This document shows positions 37,020 through 45,412 of a stretch of 64,000 nt of DNA, piece after piece; the first letter of the stretch is position 1; each line of letters starts with the position of its first letter. The stretch is taken from contig JAICGZ010000001.1 in NCBI GenBank assembly GCA_025922875.1, positions 6,541 through 70,540 on the forward strand, given 5' to 3'. This DNA comes from Pyrinomonadaceae bacterium (GTDB lineage: Bacteria > Acidobacteriota > Blastocatellia > Pyrinomonadales > Pyrinomonadaceae). The position numbers and the translations under genes were made by a program. A model generated the notes under the pieces. It made no database searches and was not told where the DNA came from. It was given only the letters and a program-made list of their open reading frames with translations.

Positions 37020-38771
37020 ATGCAAAAGAGGATTTTGTTAGTAACCATTCTTGCGTTGGGCCTGGGTTCGGTTGCAACAGCGCAACAGCCGTCGCCTTCG
37101 CCTGAACCGTCGCAGATACAGCAACTGCCGGTGCCGTCGATCGCGCCGGACTTTCGCGCGCCGCAAAAACCATTACCGGAACTCAACCGCGTCGGCGTCG
37201 ACATGAATCAGCAGCGCCCGTTGTCTCTGCGCGAGGCGTTGTCGATGGCGCTGGAAAACAACAAGGACATCGAAGTAGCTCGCGAGAATGTGAGAATCGC
37301 CGAGTTTGATCTGCTCGGCGCTAAGGGTGTTTACGATCCGCGTATCACTACCACCGCGTTTTACGAACGCGCTGAGAACCCGATCGCGAGCTTTTTGAGT
37401 GGTGGCCAGAACGGGTCCGTCATTGAAAACGATTACACCGGAACCGCTCGACTTGAAGGACAATCGCCATTTCTCGGCGGCAATTATCGTCTCGATTTCT
37501 CGTCAGTAAGGTTGACCACCAACAACCAATTCACTGCCCTGAGTCCGCAGTATCCGACCGCGTTGACGTTCAGTTACACGCAACCACTATTGCGCGGGCT
37601 GAAGATTGATAACAATCGCCGGCAGATTGAGATTGCACGGAAAAATCTTTCTTTAACTGATGCACAGTTTCGCCAGCGCGCGATCGACACGATCACTAAC
37701 GTGCAGCGTGCTTACTGGGATCTCGTGTTTTCGCTGCGCAGTCTTCAAGTGCAGCGCGACGCAGTGACTGTTGCGCGCACGCAGCTCGAGCACAACAAGC
37801 GCCTGGTCCGGGAGGGACAACTCGCGCCGATCGACGTCGTCGCAGCCGAGGCGCAGATCTCGACTTACGAGCAGGGTGTTTTCAACGCGCTCGAAGGTGT
37901 CTCACGCGCTGAGAACAATTTGAAGAACCTGGTTGCCGAGAATCAAAAGGCGCCGATTTGGAGCGAGTCGCTGGTACCGGCCGATCCGGTTGATCTCGCT
38001 GTGCCGAACGTTTCTCTTCCTGATGCTTTGAAGACGGCGATGGAGAACCGGCCGGAGCTGCAGCAGTCGAACGTCCTGCGCGAGATCAATGAAACCGATC
38101 AGCGCTACTTCAAAGATCAAACGAAGCCCGGAATCGATCTGGTAGGGACATACGGCGTCACTGGCCTTGCTGGTTCAGTCAGCTCGGGCATAAATCCATT
38201 TACTGCGTCGAACCTGGAGTTGCGGGAACGCGTCAACGAACTCTCGAGGCTCGAGCAACTGGACCCGTTGCCGGTTGTGCCGCCGCAAACGTTCTCGCCT
38301 GACTTGCTCGGCGGCTACAACCAATCGTTGCAGAACCTGCTGGCGAATCGTTACAACAATTTCAGAGTCGGAGTGCAGATCACTTTGCCTCTGCGCAATC
38401 GCACAGCGGAAGCGCAGTTGGGCCGTTCGCTCGTTGAAGGTGAGCGGATCGAAACTCAACGCGAACAGCTCGAACAGACAATTCAGGTTGACGTTCGTAA
38501 CGCGTTGCAGGCGATGCGCAGCTCCGAGGCGCGTCTGCGGGCCGCGGTCGCGACGCGTGAAGCGAACGAGCAGCAGTTTGCGAGTGAGCAAAGAAAACTG
38601 GACGCGGGCCAGTCGACGGTATTTCTGGTGTTGGAACGGCAGACGGCTCTGACTGAAGCGCGTGGGCGAGAGTTGCAAGCGCAGACGGATCTGAACAAGG
38701 CTATTGCTGATTTGCAACGAGCCACCGGCAACGCTTTAACCGTCAACAGTATCGTCGTACGGAGCCACTAA
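37020..38771 (+). CDS. TolC-family outer membrane efflux protein
   Basis: 583 aa with a signal peptide and two OEP repeats (LSLREALSMALENNKDI...; LPDALKTAMENRPEL...). Confidence 0.85.
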   Translation: MQKRILLVTILALGLGSVATAQQPSPSPEPSQIQQLPVPSIAPDFRAPQKPLPELNRVGVDMNQQRPLSLREALSMALENNKDIEVARENVRIAEFDLLGAKGVYDPRITTTAFYERAENPIASFLSGGQNGSVIENDYTGTARLEGQSPFLGGNYRLDFSSVRLTTNNQFTALSPQYPTALTFSYTQPLLRGLKIDNNRRQIEIARKNLSLTDAQFRQRAIDTITNVQRAYWDLVFSLRSLQVQRDAVTVARTQLEHNKRLVREGQLAPIDVVAAEAQISTYEQGVFNALEGVSRAENNLKNLVAENQKAPIWSESLVPADPVDLAVPNVSLPDALKTAMENRPELQQSNVLREINETDQRYFKDQTKPGIDLVGTYGVTGLAGSVSSGINPFTASNLELRERVNELSRLEQLDPLPVVPPQTFSPDLLGGYNQSLQNLLANRYNNFRVGVQITLPLRNRTAEAQLGRSLVEGERIETQREQLEQTIQVDVRNALQAMRSSEARLRAAVATREANEQQFASEQRKLDAGQSTVFLVLERQTALTEARGRELQAQTDLNKAIADLQRATGNALTVNSIVVRSH

Positions 38772-38848
38772 TTGTAGGGGCGGCCCTCCGTGGCCGCCCC
38801 TCTCGGAATGGCACGGAAACGAGGGGCGGCCCAGGGCCGCCCCTACAA
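38772..38848. repeat. nested double hairpin built from AGGGGCGGCC / GGCCGCCCCT
   Basis: ttgtaggggcggcc-ctccgt-ggccgcccct ... aggggcggcc-cag-ggccgcccctacaa. It lies between convergent gene ends. Confidence 0.8.
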
Positions 38849-38995
38849 CATTAATTCGACGATTTTGAAGGCGACGTAGAGGCCGGCGATGCCTCCGATC
38901 CCGGCGAGTAAATACCACAACGGCAACTTGGTTTGACAAGCTGGACAGCGGGCACGGGTTGGGGGCACGTCCCTTTCGCAATTAGGACACCTCAT
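38843..38995 (-). CDS. 50-aa zinc-ribbon + single-TM protein (below the track size cutoff)
   Basis: Own translation gives MRCPNCERDVPPTRARCPACQTKLPLWYLLAGIGGIAGLYVAFKIVELML. Its ATG overlaps the upstream EEP gene stop as ATGA. Confidence 0.55.
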   Translation of the reverse strand: MRCPNCERDVPPTRARCPACQTKLPLWYLLAGIGGIAGLYVAFKIVELML

Positions 38996-39834
38996 TGTGG
39001 CATCTTAACGTTGGTCCATAACGGCCAATGATCGGAAACCTCAACTTCGCGATCGATACCAAAACTAGCAGGTTCCAATCCCCGAAGCCAAACCCAATCC
39101 AACTCCAACTCGATTGGCACAAGCATAACCCGCCGCTTGAACGTTGGCTTATTTCCAAACGGGGTCTTCATACCCGCGTCCGAGAAGAATTTGATCGTCT
39201 TGCGGCCTGCTTTTGGTTCCCACGTATTCAGATCACCCATAATGATTGCCGGCGTGTTTGGTGGGTATTGAGCGAGATCGTCGAGCATTGCTTTGAACTG
39301 TTCCAGCTTCTTATCGAAGGCTATCCTCGTCTCAGCATGCGCCGAATAAACGCGCCACTGGCGCTTGTCGATCTCAACAGTTGCGCCCAGCGCTACGCGG
39401 CGTCTTTTGTTTGGACCTTCGTGCGGTAAGACGATGCGACGCACATCCGAGAGAGGATAGACACTCAGGATTGCAACGCCGGTTTCCTCCTCGTCATTCG
39501 GCTTCGCAGCCGGCGGCGCCGCCCACGCGTAGTGCAATCCCAATTCGTCGGCGATCATTTTCACTGTGTTGGTGTTGCCGCTGCGTTTCTTACGTCGATC
39601 GACTTCCTGGAGTGCGAGGATCGCGGCCCCGCCGATCTCGGGATCGTCTTTGAAGAGTTTTATGAGGAGGTTGAGATCGTCGCCGCTGCGCCAACGGATG
39701 TTGTAAGAGACGATCTTGATCGCGGGCGTCGCGGCAGTTGGTTTTCGTAGTGGCTCCCCCTTGCCGGATTCGAGTAATGGAACGTCCGGCCGCGGGAACA
39801 CTAAGAATAGAAAGACCAGCAGGATTCTTATCAT
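38992..39834 (-). CDS. endonuclease/exonuclease/phosphatase (EEP) family protein, secreted
   Basis: Signal peptide present. EEP blocks are VSYNIRW, ALQEV, GDLNT and SDHWPL. Confidence 0.8.
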   Translation of the reverse strand: MIRILLVFLFLVFPRPDVPLLESGKGEPLRKPTAATPAIKIVSYNIRWRSGDDLNLLIKLFKDDPEIGGAAILALQEVDRRKKRSGNTNTVKMIADELGLHYAWAAPPAAKPNDEEETGVAILSVYPLSDVRRIVLPHEGPNKRRRVALGATVEIDKRQWRVYSAHAETRIAFDKKLEQFKAMLDDLAQYPPNTPAIIMGDLNTWEPKAGRKTIKFFSDAGMKTPFGNKPTFKRRVMLVPIELELDWVWLRGLEPASFGIDREVEVSDHWPLWTNVKMPQ

Positions 39835-39838
39835 TGAG

Positions 39839-40603
39839 CTAGATCTCCAACCTCATGCCGTCTTTTGCTTCGATCGTTACGCCGGACCACAGTGCTTTAG
39901 CCTCGGCGGCAAGATCCACGTTATCCCACTCCGCATAAAGATGAGTCAACACCAATTTAGCAGGCACGCACTCGTGGGCGAGCCGCATTGCGTCCGCGAG
40001 TTCGAGGTGCTTCGAAACCGGTTTATTGCTTCTGAAAGAACATTCCATCAGTAGCAAAGCAGCCTCTTTTGCGAATGGAGCTAAATCTTCCGAGACACCG
40101 GTGTCAGAAGTATAAACAAACAGTTTCGACTCATCGACTTTCAAACGCAGCGCCATGCTTTCTCTGGTATGAGGAGTGGAGAGGGTTGTCGCGGCGATGT
40201 TCGGCAGGATTTCAAACTCCTTGTCCGGTGCTACCTCGACGATCTCAACGTCGAACCGTTGTTTGAATAAACGATAGTTATTCGAATCGTTCACTGCGTC
40301 GACAATTCCGCGCAAGCCTTCCGGACCAAAGATTCGCAACGGCTTGTTCCGGCTTTCCGTCTGCGGCGCCCATTTCAAACTGAAAAGAAAAGGAGTCAGT
40401 CCTCCCACGTGATCGAGATGAAAATGGCTGATCCAGATCGCGTCGAGATTGGACCAGTCGAGATTTTCCTGCGCCATCCGGCGAGGGGCATCGGCGCTCA
40501 CGTCCAGCAGGAGTGTGCCATTATTAGTTTCGAGCCAGTGTGCGGGCGACGCGCGTTCAGGATGCGGCACGGAAGTACCCGAACCGAGGATCGTTAGTTT
40601 CAT
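39839..40603 (-). CDS. MBL-fold metallo-hydrolase (RNase Z/BN-like)
   Basis: The HFHLDHVGG motif is present, with a later THL/H block. Confidence 0.75.
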   Translation of the reverse strand: MKLTILGSGTSVPHPERASPAHWLETNNGTLLLDVSADAPRRMAQENLDWSNLDAIWISHFHLDHVGGLTPFLFSLKWAPQTESRNKPLRIFGPEGLRGIVDAVNDSNNYRLFKQRFDVEIVEVAPDKEFEILPNIAATTLSTPHTRESMALRLKVDESKLFVYTSDTGVSEDLAPFAKEAALLLMECSFRSNKPVSKHLELADAMRLAHECVPAKLVLTHLYAEWDNVDLAAEAKALWSGVTIEAKDGMRLEI

Positions 40604-40630
40604 GTGTGTATTTTAAGCTAAACTTCGCCC

Positions 40631-41377
40631 ATGAGTCCGAGTGAGACCCAAATAGATGTTCTTGCAGTTTTTTCACATCCTGATGACGCGGAGTTGTCTG
40701 TTGCTGGAACACTTCTCAAACTGAAATCCCTGGGCTATCGCACGGGTGTTTGCGATCTCACGCGCGGCGAAATGGGAACACGCGGCACGCCCGAGATTCG
40801 CGCCGAAGAAGCGCTCGAGGCCGCGCGCATTATGAAACTCGACCTGCGGGTTAATCTCGATCAACCCGATGGACACGTTTGGCCTTCGGAGACGGCGCGC
40901 ACCGCCTTTGTACGAGTGCTTCGAACACATAAACCCAAGGTGTTAATGACGACACACGAGGACGATCCACACCCGGATCATGCGAACACGTCAATTATCG
41001 TGAGACAAGCGGCGCGCCTGGCAACGATGGGACGTTACGACGAAGAGTCAGGTCTCGCGCCTGTACCGATGCCGGCGATTATGCATTCGCTCTTTTCGAG
41101 ACGCATTGTGCCGTCGTTTGTTGTCGATGTGTCTGACTTTGTCGATGAGAAAATGTTCGCGATCAGCGCTTATGCTTCGCAGTTTTACAGGCCAAACTCG
41201 AAAGAGCCGGAAACAAGAATCAGCGCGCGCCGTTTTCTTGAGGAGATAGAAGTCCGAATGGGGTATTTCGGATCGTTGATCGGAGTGACGGCCGGCGAAC
41301 CGTTTTATGTGCGTGAGGCATTGAACGTTGAGGATCCGCTGGCGCTGCTGACGCGCCCGATGAACATCTACTCTTGA
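40631..41377 (+). CDS. bshB1: bacillithiol biosynthesis deacetylase BshB1 (LmbE family)
   Basis: VLAVFSHPDDAELSVAGTLLKL...GVCDLTRGEMGTRGT...HPDH matches the BshB1 N-terminal pattern. Confidence 0.65.
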   Translation: MSPSETQIDVLAVFSHPDDAELSVAGTLLKLKSLGYRTGVCDLTRGEMGTRGTPEIRAEEALEAARIMKLDLRVNLDQPDGHVWPSETARTAFVRVLRTHKPKVLMTTHEDDPHPDHANTSIIVRQAARLATMGRYDEESGLAPVPMPAIMHSLFSRRIVPSFVVDVSDFVDEKMFAISAYASQFYRPNSKEPETRISARRFLEEIEVRMGYFGSLIGVTAGEPFYVREALNVEDPLALLTRPMNIYS

Positions 41378-41397
41378 GAGTTGCCGTAAAGTTTCAA

Positions 41398-43254
41398 TCA
41401 ATTCCCTCCGCTTGCCGCAGGTTCTCTTCGCTTCTCGAGCACAGACCGCGCGATGGCGATCGTCGCCACAGCTCGCGGGGCTTCGCCGGTGAATGTCTTT
41501 GCGATCTGAATCGCTCTCAGTAGATCGGCGCGTGCAAGGTGACGGAAAGCCGCGAGCAAGTCAAAATCTTCAGCAGTGCTGTTGGTCACCTGCGTCATCA
41601 TCTTGGTTTGCAGGCGTGCGGAAATGCGGCTGTCTTCACCCGTAAAACCTTCAGCACCGTTGGCTGCTTTGACGACTTCGCCCAGAGTTTCCCAGGCGCG
41701 CACTGGATCGATTTCTCCCAAACCCACCGCAACTGCCGTGAGTGCTTTGGCTCGATCCGGATCGCTGCCACTGATGCGACGACTCTCCGCCAGTGCTTCC
41801 TCGAGTAGCTCGATAGCTCGCGAACGCTCGGCAGCCCTCACCAATTTCGCGGCGCTGGTCAGTGCCCAAACCTTCTGAATACTCGTGAGATCCCCACTCC
41901 TGGCCATGCGAACTGCCGCGTCCGCATCCTTCTTTCGAATAGCAACTTGCGCGAGTTGAAAGTCGGTATAGGCTTTGACGCTCTTCCGCAGTTCCGTGTT
42001 CTCGATCTTATCTACCAGATCTTTCGCACGTGGATCACCGGTTTCAATCAGTGCAACCGCGTAGTCCGCGTAGATCGCATCGCGATCTTCGGACTTAGTA
42101 GCACGTTCAAGACGTTCCTGCATACGCTGGTAAGGATCGCCTTGTGACTCTTCGGGCTGAATCCCGACACTGACCGCGCGATTCTCACCCTGCTGAAAAG
42201 TGCCGGGCACATGTGAGGCAAGCGCTGTCATTTGCGTTCGCAGTCCCGGCGCGAGATCAGGCGCGTGCTGTTCGAAAAGCGGAAGCAGGCGTTTGATGAC
42301 CAGATACTTTCCAGTTGCACCTGTTGTAGTCCGATCCTGATCGGGCGCTGCCTGAGGTTGCATCAGGATTTGGAAGGCGACTTTGAGAAAGTTGTTTCGT
42401 AACGCCGCATCGGCGTTGGGTGGAGGAGTCGCGCCTCTTTGCCGGTTTTGATTGGCTCCGCCGCTCGGTTCAAACGAGACATATAAGAACGGCGTGAATA
42501 GATACGACGACAATCCGGAAACTGTATTGGCGTCGGAGTTTGGATCGCGAGCCGCTCGCGCAAGTAAGCTTGTATATGCGGTATCGGCAGCTTGCGCGTC
42601 CTTCTCACGTAGTGCCGACAGGAAGAAGATCGAGTCGACGTTGACTGAGTCGAGCGCTGGTGCGGCAAACTCGAGCGCGCGTTGGATCTCACCATCTTCG
42701 AGCAGCCGGCGCGCAAGTTGGAGGCGTTGCGAAGCGCCAATGCGGGTACCTGCGTTGCGACGTTGATCGGCGGCGGCCTCAGCACGCTGCTTCTCCGCGG
42801 CTTCGTCAAGGGCTTTCAAAAACTCTTCGCCGAGTTTGCGATCGCGCTTCGCTACGAGTCGCAGGACCTCGCTGCGCAAATCCGGCCCGCCACGGACGAC
42901 GCGTGGTGCACCTTCGGTCTCCAGTCTTTTTAGCTCTTCTGCGCGTTTCCGCGCTGATTCGGCGTCGACTATCTCAGCGGCTTCCCACGCGCGCCGGAAG
43001 AGTTCACGAGCACGCTCGGGATCCGTGTCCCACAACACGTCAGCGGCGCGAGCCTGGACGCGAGCGCGGCGCGTCTGATCTTTGAAACTGCGTGCTTCGT
43101 CGGCGAGAGTCGTGATCAGGGAGATTGCGATCGTGCGTTGTTGGTCTGCTTCGGCGTCAGCTTCTTCGTTATTCGGTTTGGTTGTCCTGGTTTGAGCCGA
43201 CACAGTCAGGCAGAGAATTAGCGTCAATGCGAAAACGCGGAAGGGGAAAGGCAT
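41398..43254 (-). CDS. secreted alpha-helical repeat hypothetical protein
   Basis: 618 aa with a signal peptide and Ala/Arg/Glu-rich helical repeats. I recognised no catalytic motif. Confidence 0.6.
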   Translation of the reverse strand: MPFPFRVFALTLILCLTVSAQTRTTKPNNEEADAEADQQRTIAISLITTLADEARSFKDQTRRARVQARAADVLWDTDPERARELFRRAWEAAEIVDAESARKRAEELKRLETEGAPRVVRGGPDLRSEVLRLVAKRDRKLGEEFLKALDEAAEKQRAEAAADQRRNAGTRIGASQRLQLARRLLEDGEIQRALEFAAPALDSVNVDSIFFLSALREKDAQAADTAYTSLLARAARDPNSDANTVSGLSSYLFTPFLYVSFEPSGGANQNRQRGATPPPNADAALRNNFLKVAFQILMQPQAAPDQDRTTTGATGKYLVIKRLLPLFEQHAPDLAPGLRTQMTALASHVPGTFQQGENRAVSVGIQPEESQGDPYQRMQERLERATKSEDRDAIYADYAVALIETGDPRAKDLVDKIENTELRKSVKAYTDFQLAQVAIRKKDADAAVRMARSGDLTSIQKVWALTSAAKLVRAAERSRAIELLEEALAESRRISGSDPDRAKALTAVAVGLGEIDPVRAWETLGEVVKAANGAEGFTGEDSRISARLQTKMMTQVTNSTAEDFDLLAAFRHLARADLLRAIQIAKTFTGEAPRAVATIAIARSVLEKRREPAASGGN

Positions 43255-43336
43255 AGTTCACTCCTGTTGAGCGGCAACGCAGGATGGGAATACACGTATG
43301 ACGAACCGCTCGGTTCCGAAAATCCTGTCACCAAAT

Positions 43337-43897
43337 TTAAACTGCGATTACTTCGAGTTCAGGATCGACTTCCTGTTTCAACATACTCTCAATCGCCATC
43401 AGCGTACCGGTGAGGGAACTGGGACAACTACCGCATGCCCCCTGATAGCGAATGCTTAAGGTATGATCGCTCAGTCCGAGCACTTCAAGATAACCACCGT
43501 CGCCCATCAACGCCGGTCTTACCTTCTCGTCCAGGATTTCGTTGATTCTCAACAACCGAGGATCGTCGCTGGTCAAAGCCGCTATCGGACCACCAACCGC
43601 CGCCGCCGCAGCCGCTGCGGAAGAATTCACTGCCTCCGCCGCACGAATCGGGACGGCCAGCGCGGGCAAGAGTTCGTCCCAGTCCGCCTCGTCATCTTTC
43701 TCGACCGTGATCATCCTGTCCATATAAAAAACTGAGACAACATGGCCGACGTCGAACAGCGACTTCGCGAGCGGATCGTCCGCCGCCAGTTCCGCTGAAC
43801 CGTATTGCCGCGCTACGCCATTGCTCACCGGTTCGCGAAGAATAAATTTCACCGCATTCGGATTCGGAGTTTCTTCAATATCACTAATCTTTGGCAT
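43337..43897 (-). CDS. NifU/Nfu-type Fe-S cluster scaffold/carrier protein
   Basis: The N-terminal Nfu_N block is [10 protein letters not shown]. The C-terminal NifU motif is CGSCPSS. I placed the start at ATG 43897, which has GAGG upstream; the track start at 43921 is GTG. Confidence 0.8.
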   Translation of the reverse strand: MPKISDIEETPNPNAVKFILREPVSNGVARQYGSAELAADDPLAKSLFDVGHVVSVFYMDRMITVEKDDEADWDELLPALAVPIRAAEAVNSSAAAAAAAVGGPIAALTSDDPRLLRINEILDEKVRPALMGDGGYLEVLGLSDHTLSIRYQGACGSCPSSLTGTLMAIESMLKQEVDPELEVIAV

Positions 43898-44033
43898 TAC
43901 AACCTCACTTTTTGTGGCCACATTATAGCTTTTTTGGCAGGCACTCGCAGTGAGCCGGACAGTGCCACAGCAAACGCTTATCTCTTTGCTAAATCTTTCT
44001 AATAAAAAAGCTCCCGGTGTGTTGCAGGAATCA

Positions 44034-44062
44034 TTGCTAAAAATCCAAACCGAGCATATACT
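44034..44062 (+). promoter_or_regulatory. sigma70-type promoter candidate (TTGCTA-17-TATACT)
   Basis: -35 at 44034-44039 and -10 at 44057-44062, in the nfu/bshA divergent spacer. Confidence 0.45.
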
Positions 44063-44068
44063 CCCGCC

Positions 44069-44150
44069 CTCACTTGCCCCCCTCTCAGAAGGTGAGTCAA
44101 GTTGAGATAGAGGCAGGCGATAGCGAGGGTCGCCTGCCTCTCACTTTTTC
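44069..44150 (+). ncRNA. candidate ~80-nt small RNA or terminating leader: C-rich-loop hairpin plus intrinsic terminator
   Basis: Hairpin 1 is ctcactt-gcccccctctcag-aaggtgag. The terminator stem is agaggcaggcga (44109-44120) / tcgcctgcctct (44130-44141), followed by cacttttt. There is no upstream plus-strand gene that it could terminate. Confidence 0.4.
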
Positions 44151-44204
44151 ACCGCCAGTTGTCAGTTGTTCCCGTCGGTTGTAATGTCCTACTACTGACA
44201 AATC

Positions 44205-45329
44205 ATGAATATCGGCATCACGGTCTACCCTACGTACGGCGGCAGCGGTATTGTTGGTTCTGAACTCGGCAAGGAACTCGCTGCACGCGGACACACGGTC
44301 CATTTCATCTCTTCTTCATTACCGACCAGGTTGACGGAGCTCAACGAGCGGGTGCGTTTCCACGAAGTGGAGATGATGTCGTATCCGTTGTTTGAGCATC
44401 AGCCTTACACGCTTGCATTGGCTACGAAGATGGCGACTGTCGCCGAGGAAGAGAATCTCGACCTCCTGCACGTTCACTACGCCATTCCACATTCAATCAG
44501 CGCGATTCTCGCCCGCGAGTCGCTCAAGCCGCGGCGACGTCTTCCTGTCGTTACCACATTGCATGGAACCGACATCACGCTCGTCGGCGCAGATAGATCG
44601 TATTTGCCGATTACGCGCTACGGCATCGTGCAGTCAGATGGCGTGACGGCGATCTCTGACTATCTTAAAGACGCGACGCGAGAGATCTTTCACTTTGACG
44701 ATATCAGAGTGATTCCAAACTTTGTTTGCCAGTACGACTACAGGCGGTTGGAAGTAAGCAGCCTTCGCCAAACGCTCGCGCCAAATGACGAACGGCTGCT
44801 GGTCCACGTTTCAAACTTCCGACCGGTGAAGCGACCGGTGGACTGTGTCGAGATTCTCGCTCGCGTGCTGAAGAAGGGTGTGAAGACACGTTTGGTGATG
44901 GTTGGTGACGGAAGCGAACGACCAAACGCGGAGCATCGTGCGCGCTGTCTCAGTATTTATGAGCAGTGCACGTTTGTCGGGAAGCAGCCAAGGATTGTTG
45001 ATTATCTTTCGGCTTCAGATGTCCTGCTGTTGCCTTCCGATCAGGAGTCATTCGGACTGGCAGCGTTGGAAGCGATGGCGTGCGAAGTTCCAGTGATCGC
45101 ATCTCGCGTCGGAGGTCTGCCTGAAGTTGTGACTGATGGCGAGACTGGATATCTCAGCCCGGTTGGCGACGTGGACAAGATGGCGGCTGATGCCGCACGT
45201 TTACTTGCCGACGACAAACTGCGGCAGGACATGGCCCGGCGTGCACGCGAGTCTGCAATCGGTCGGTATCGCACCGACCTTGTGATTCCTCAATACGTTC
45301 GCTTCTATGAAGAAGTGATCGCGAAATAG
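44205..45329 (+). CDS. bshA: N-acetyl-alpha-D-glucosaminyl L-malate synthase (bacillithiol glycosyltransferase)
   Basis: The N-terminus [40 protein letters not shown], then TTLHGTDIT and the GT4 C-terminal block [28 protein letters not shown], all match BshA. Confidence 0.8.
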   Translation: MNIGITVYPTYGGSGIVGSELGKELAARGHTVHFISSSLPTRLTELNERVRFHEVEMMSYPLFEHQPYTLALATKMATVAEEENLDLLHVHYAIPHSISAILARESLKPRRRLPVVTTLHGTDITLVGADRSYLPITRYGIVQSDGVTAISDYLKDATREIFHFDDIRVIPNFVCQYDYRRLEVSSLRQTLAPNDERLLVHVSNFRPVKRPVDCVEILARVLKKGVKTRLVMVGDGSERPNAEHRARCLSIYEQCTFVGKQPRIVDYLSASDVLLLPSDQESFGLAALEAMACEVPVIASRVGGLPEVVTDGETGYLSPVGDVDKMAADAARLLADDKLRQDMARRARESAIGRYRTDLVIPQYVRFYEEVIAK

Positions 45330-45331
45330 AA

Positions 45332-45412
45332 TATTGCCAATTGCGAATTGCCGATTGCCAAATTGATTCTTGGTAAATCGCAATCAGCAATCGGCAATTG
45401 GCAATTGGCAAT
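45332..45412. repeat. CAATTGCC-word palindromic element spanning the bshA-selB junction
   Basis: attgccaattgcgaattgccgattg pairs with caatcggcaattggcaattggcaat. The right arm includes the first bases of the selB ATG (45411). Confidence 0.8.

Noticed and set aside
44097-44303. Track ORF 44097..44303 (-) of 68 aa overlapping the bshA start
   Set aside because: It runs antisense through the terminator hairpin and the bshA 5' end, with no RBS. The sRNA/terminator and bshA explain this stretch better.
45348-45410. Longer N-termini proposed by the longest-ORF track: selB (45348), boxB (21038), the SBP (13495), the TPR protein (29832), the APC permease (52256), hemB (57638), the DUF721 gene (15887) and the ABC permease (11209)
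   Set aside because: The extensions read through intergenic palindromic repeats or overlap neighbouring genes. Internal ATGs give canonical N-termini (G-domain, signal peptide/lipobox, HRPRRLR) and, in several cases, ATGA/TAATG coupling.
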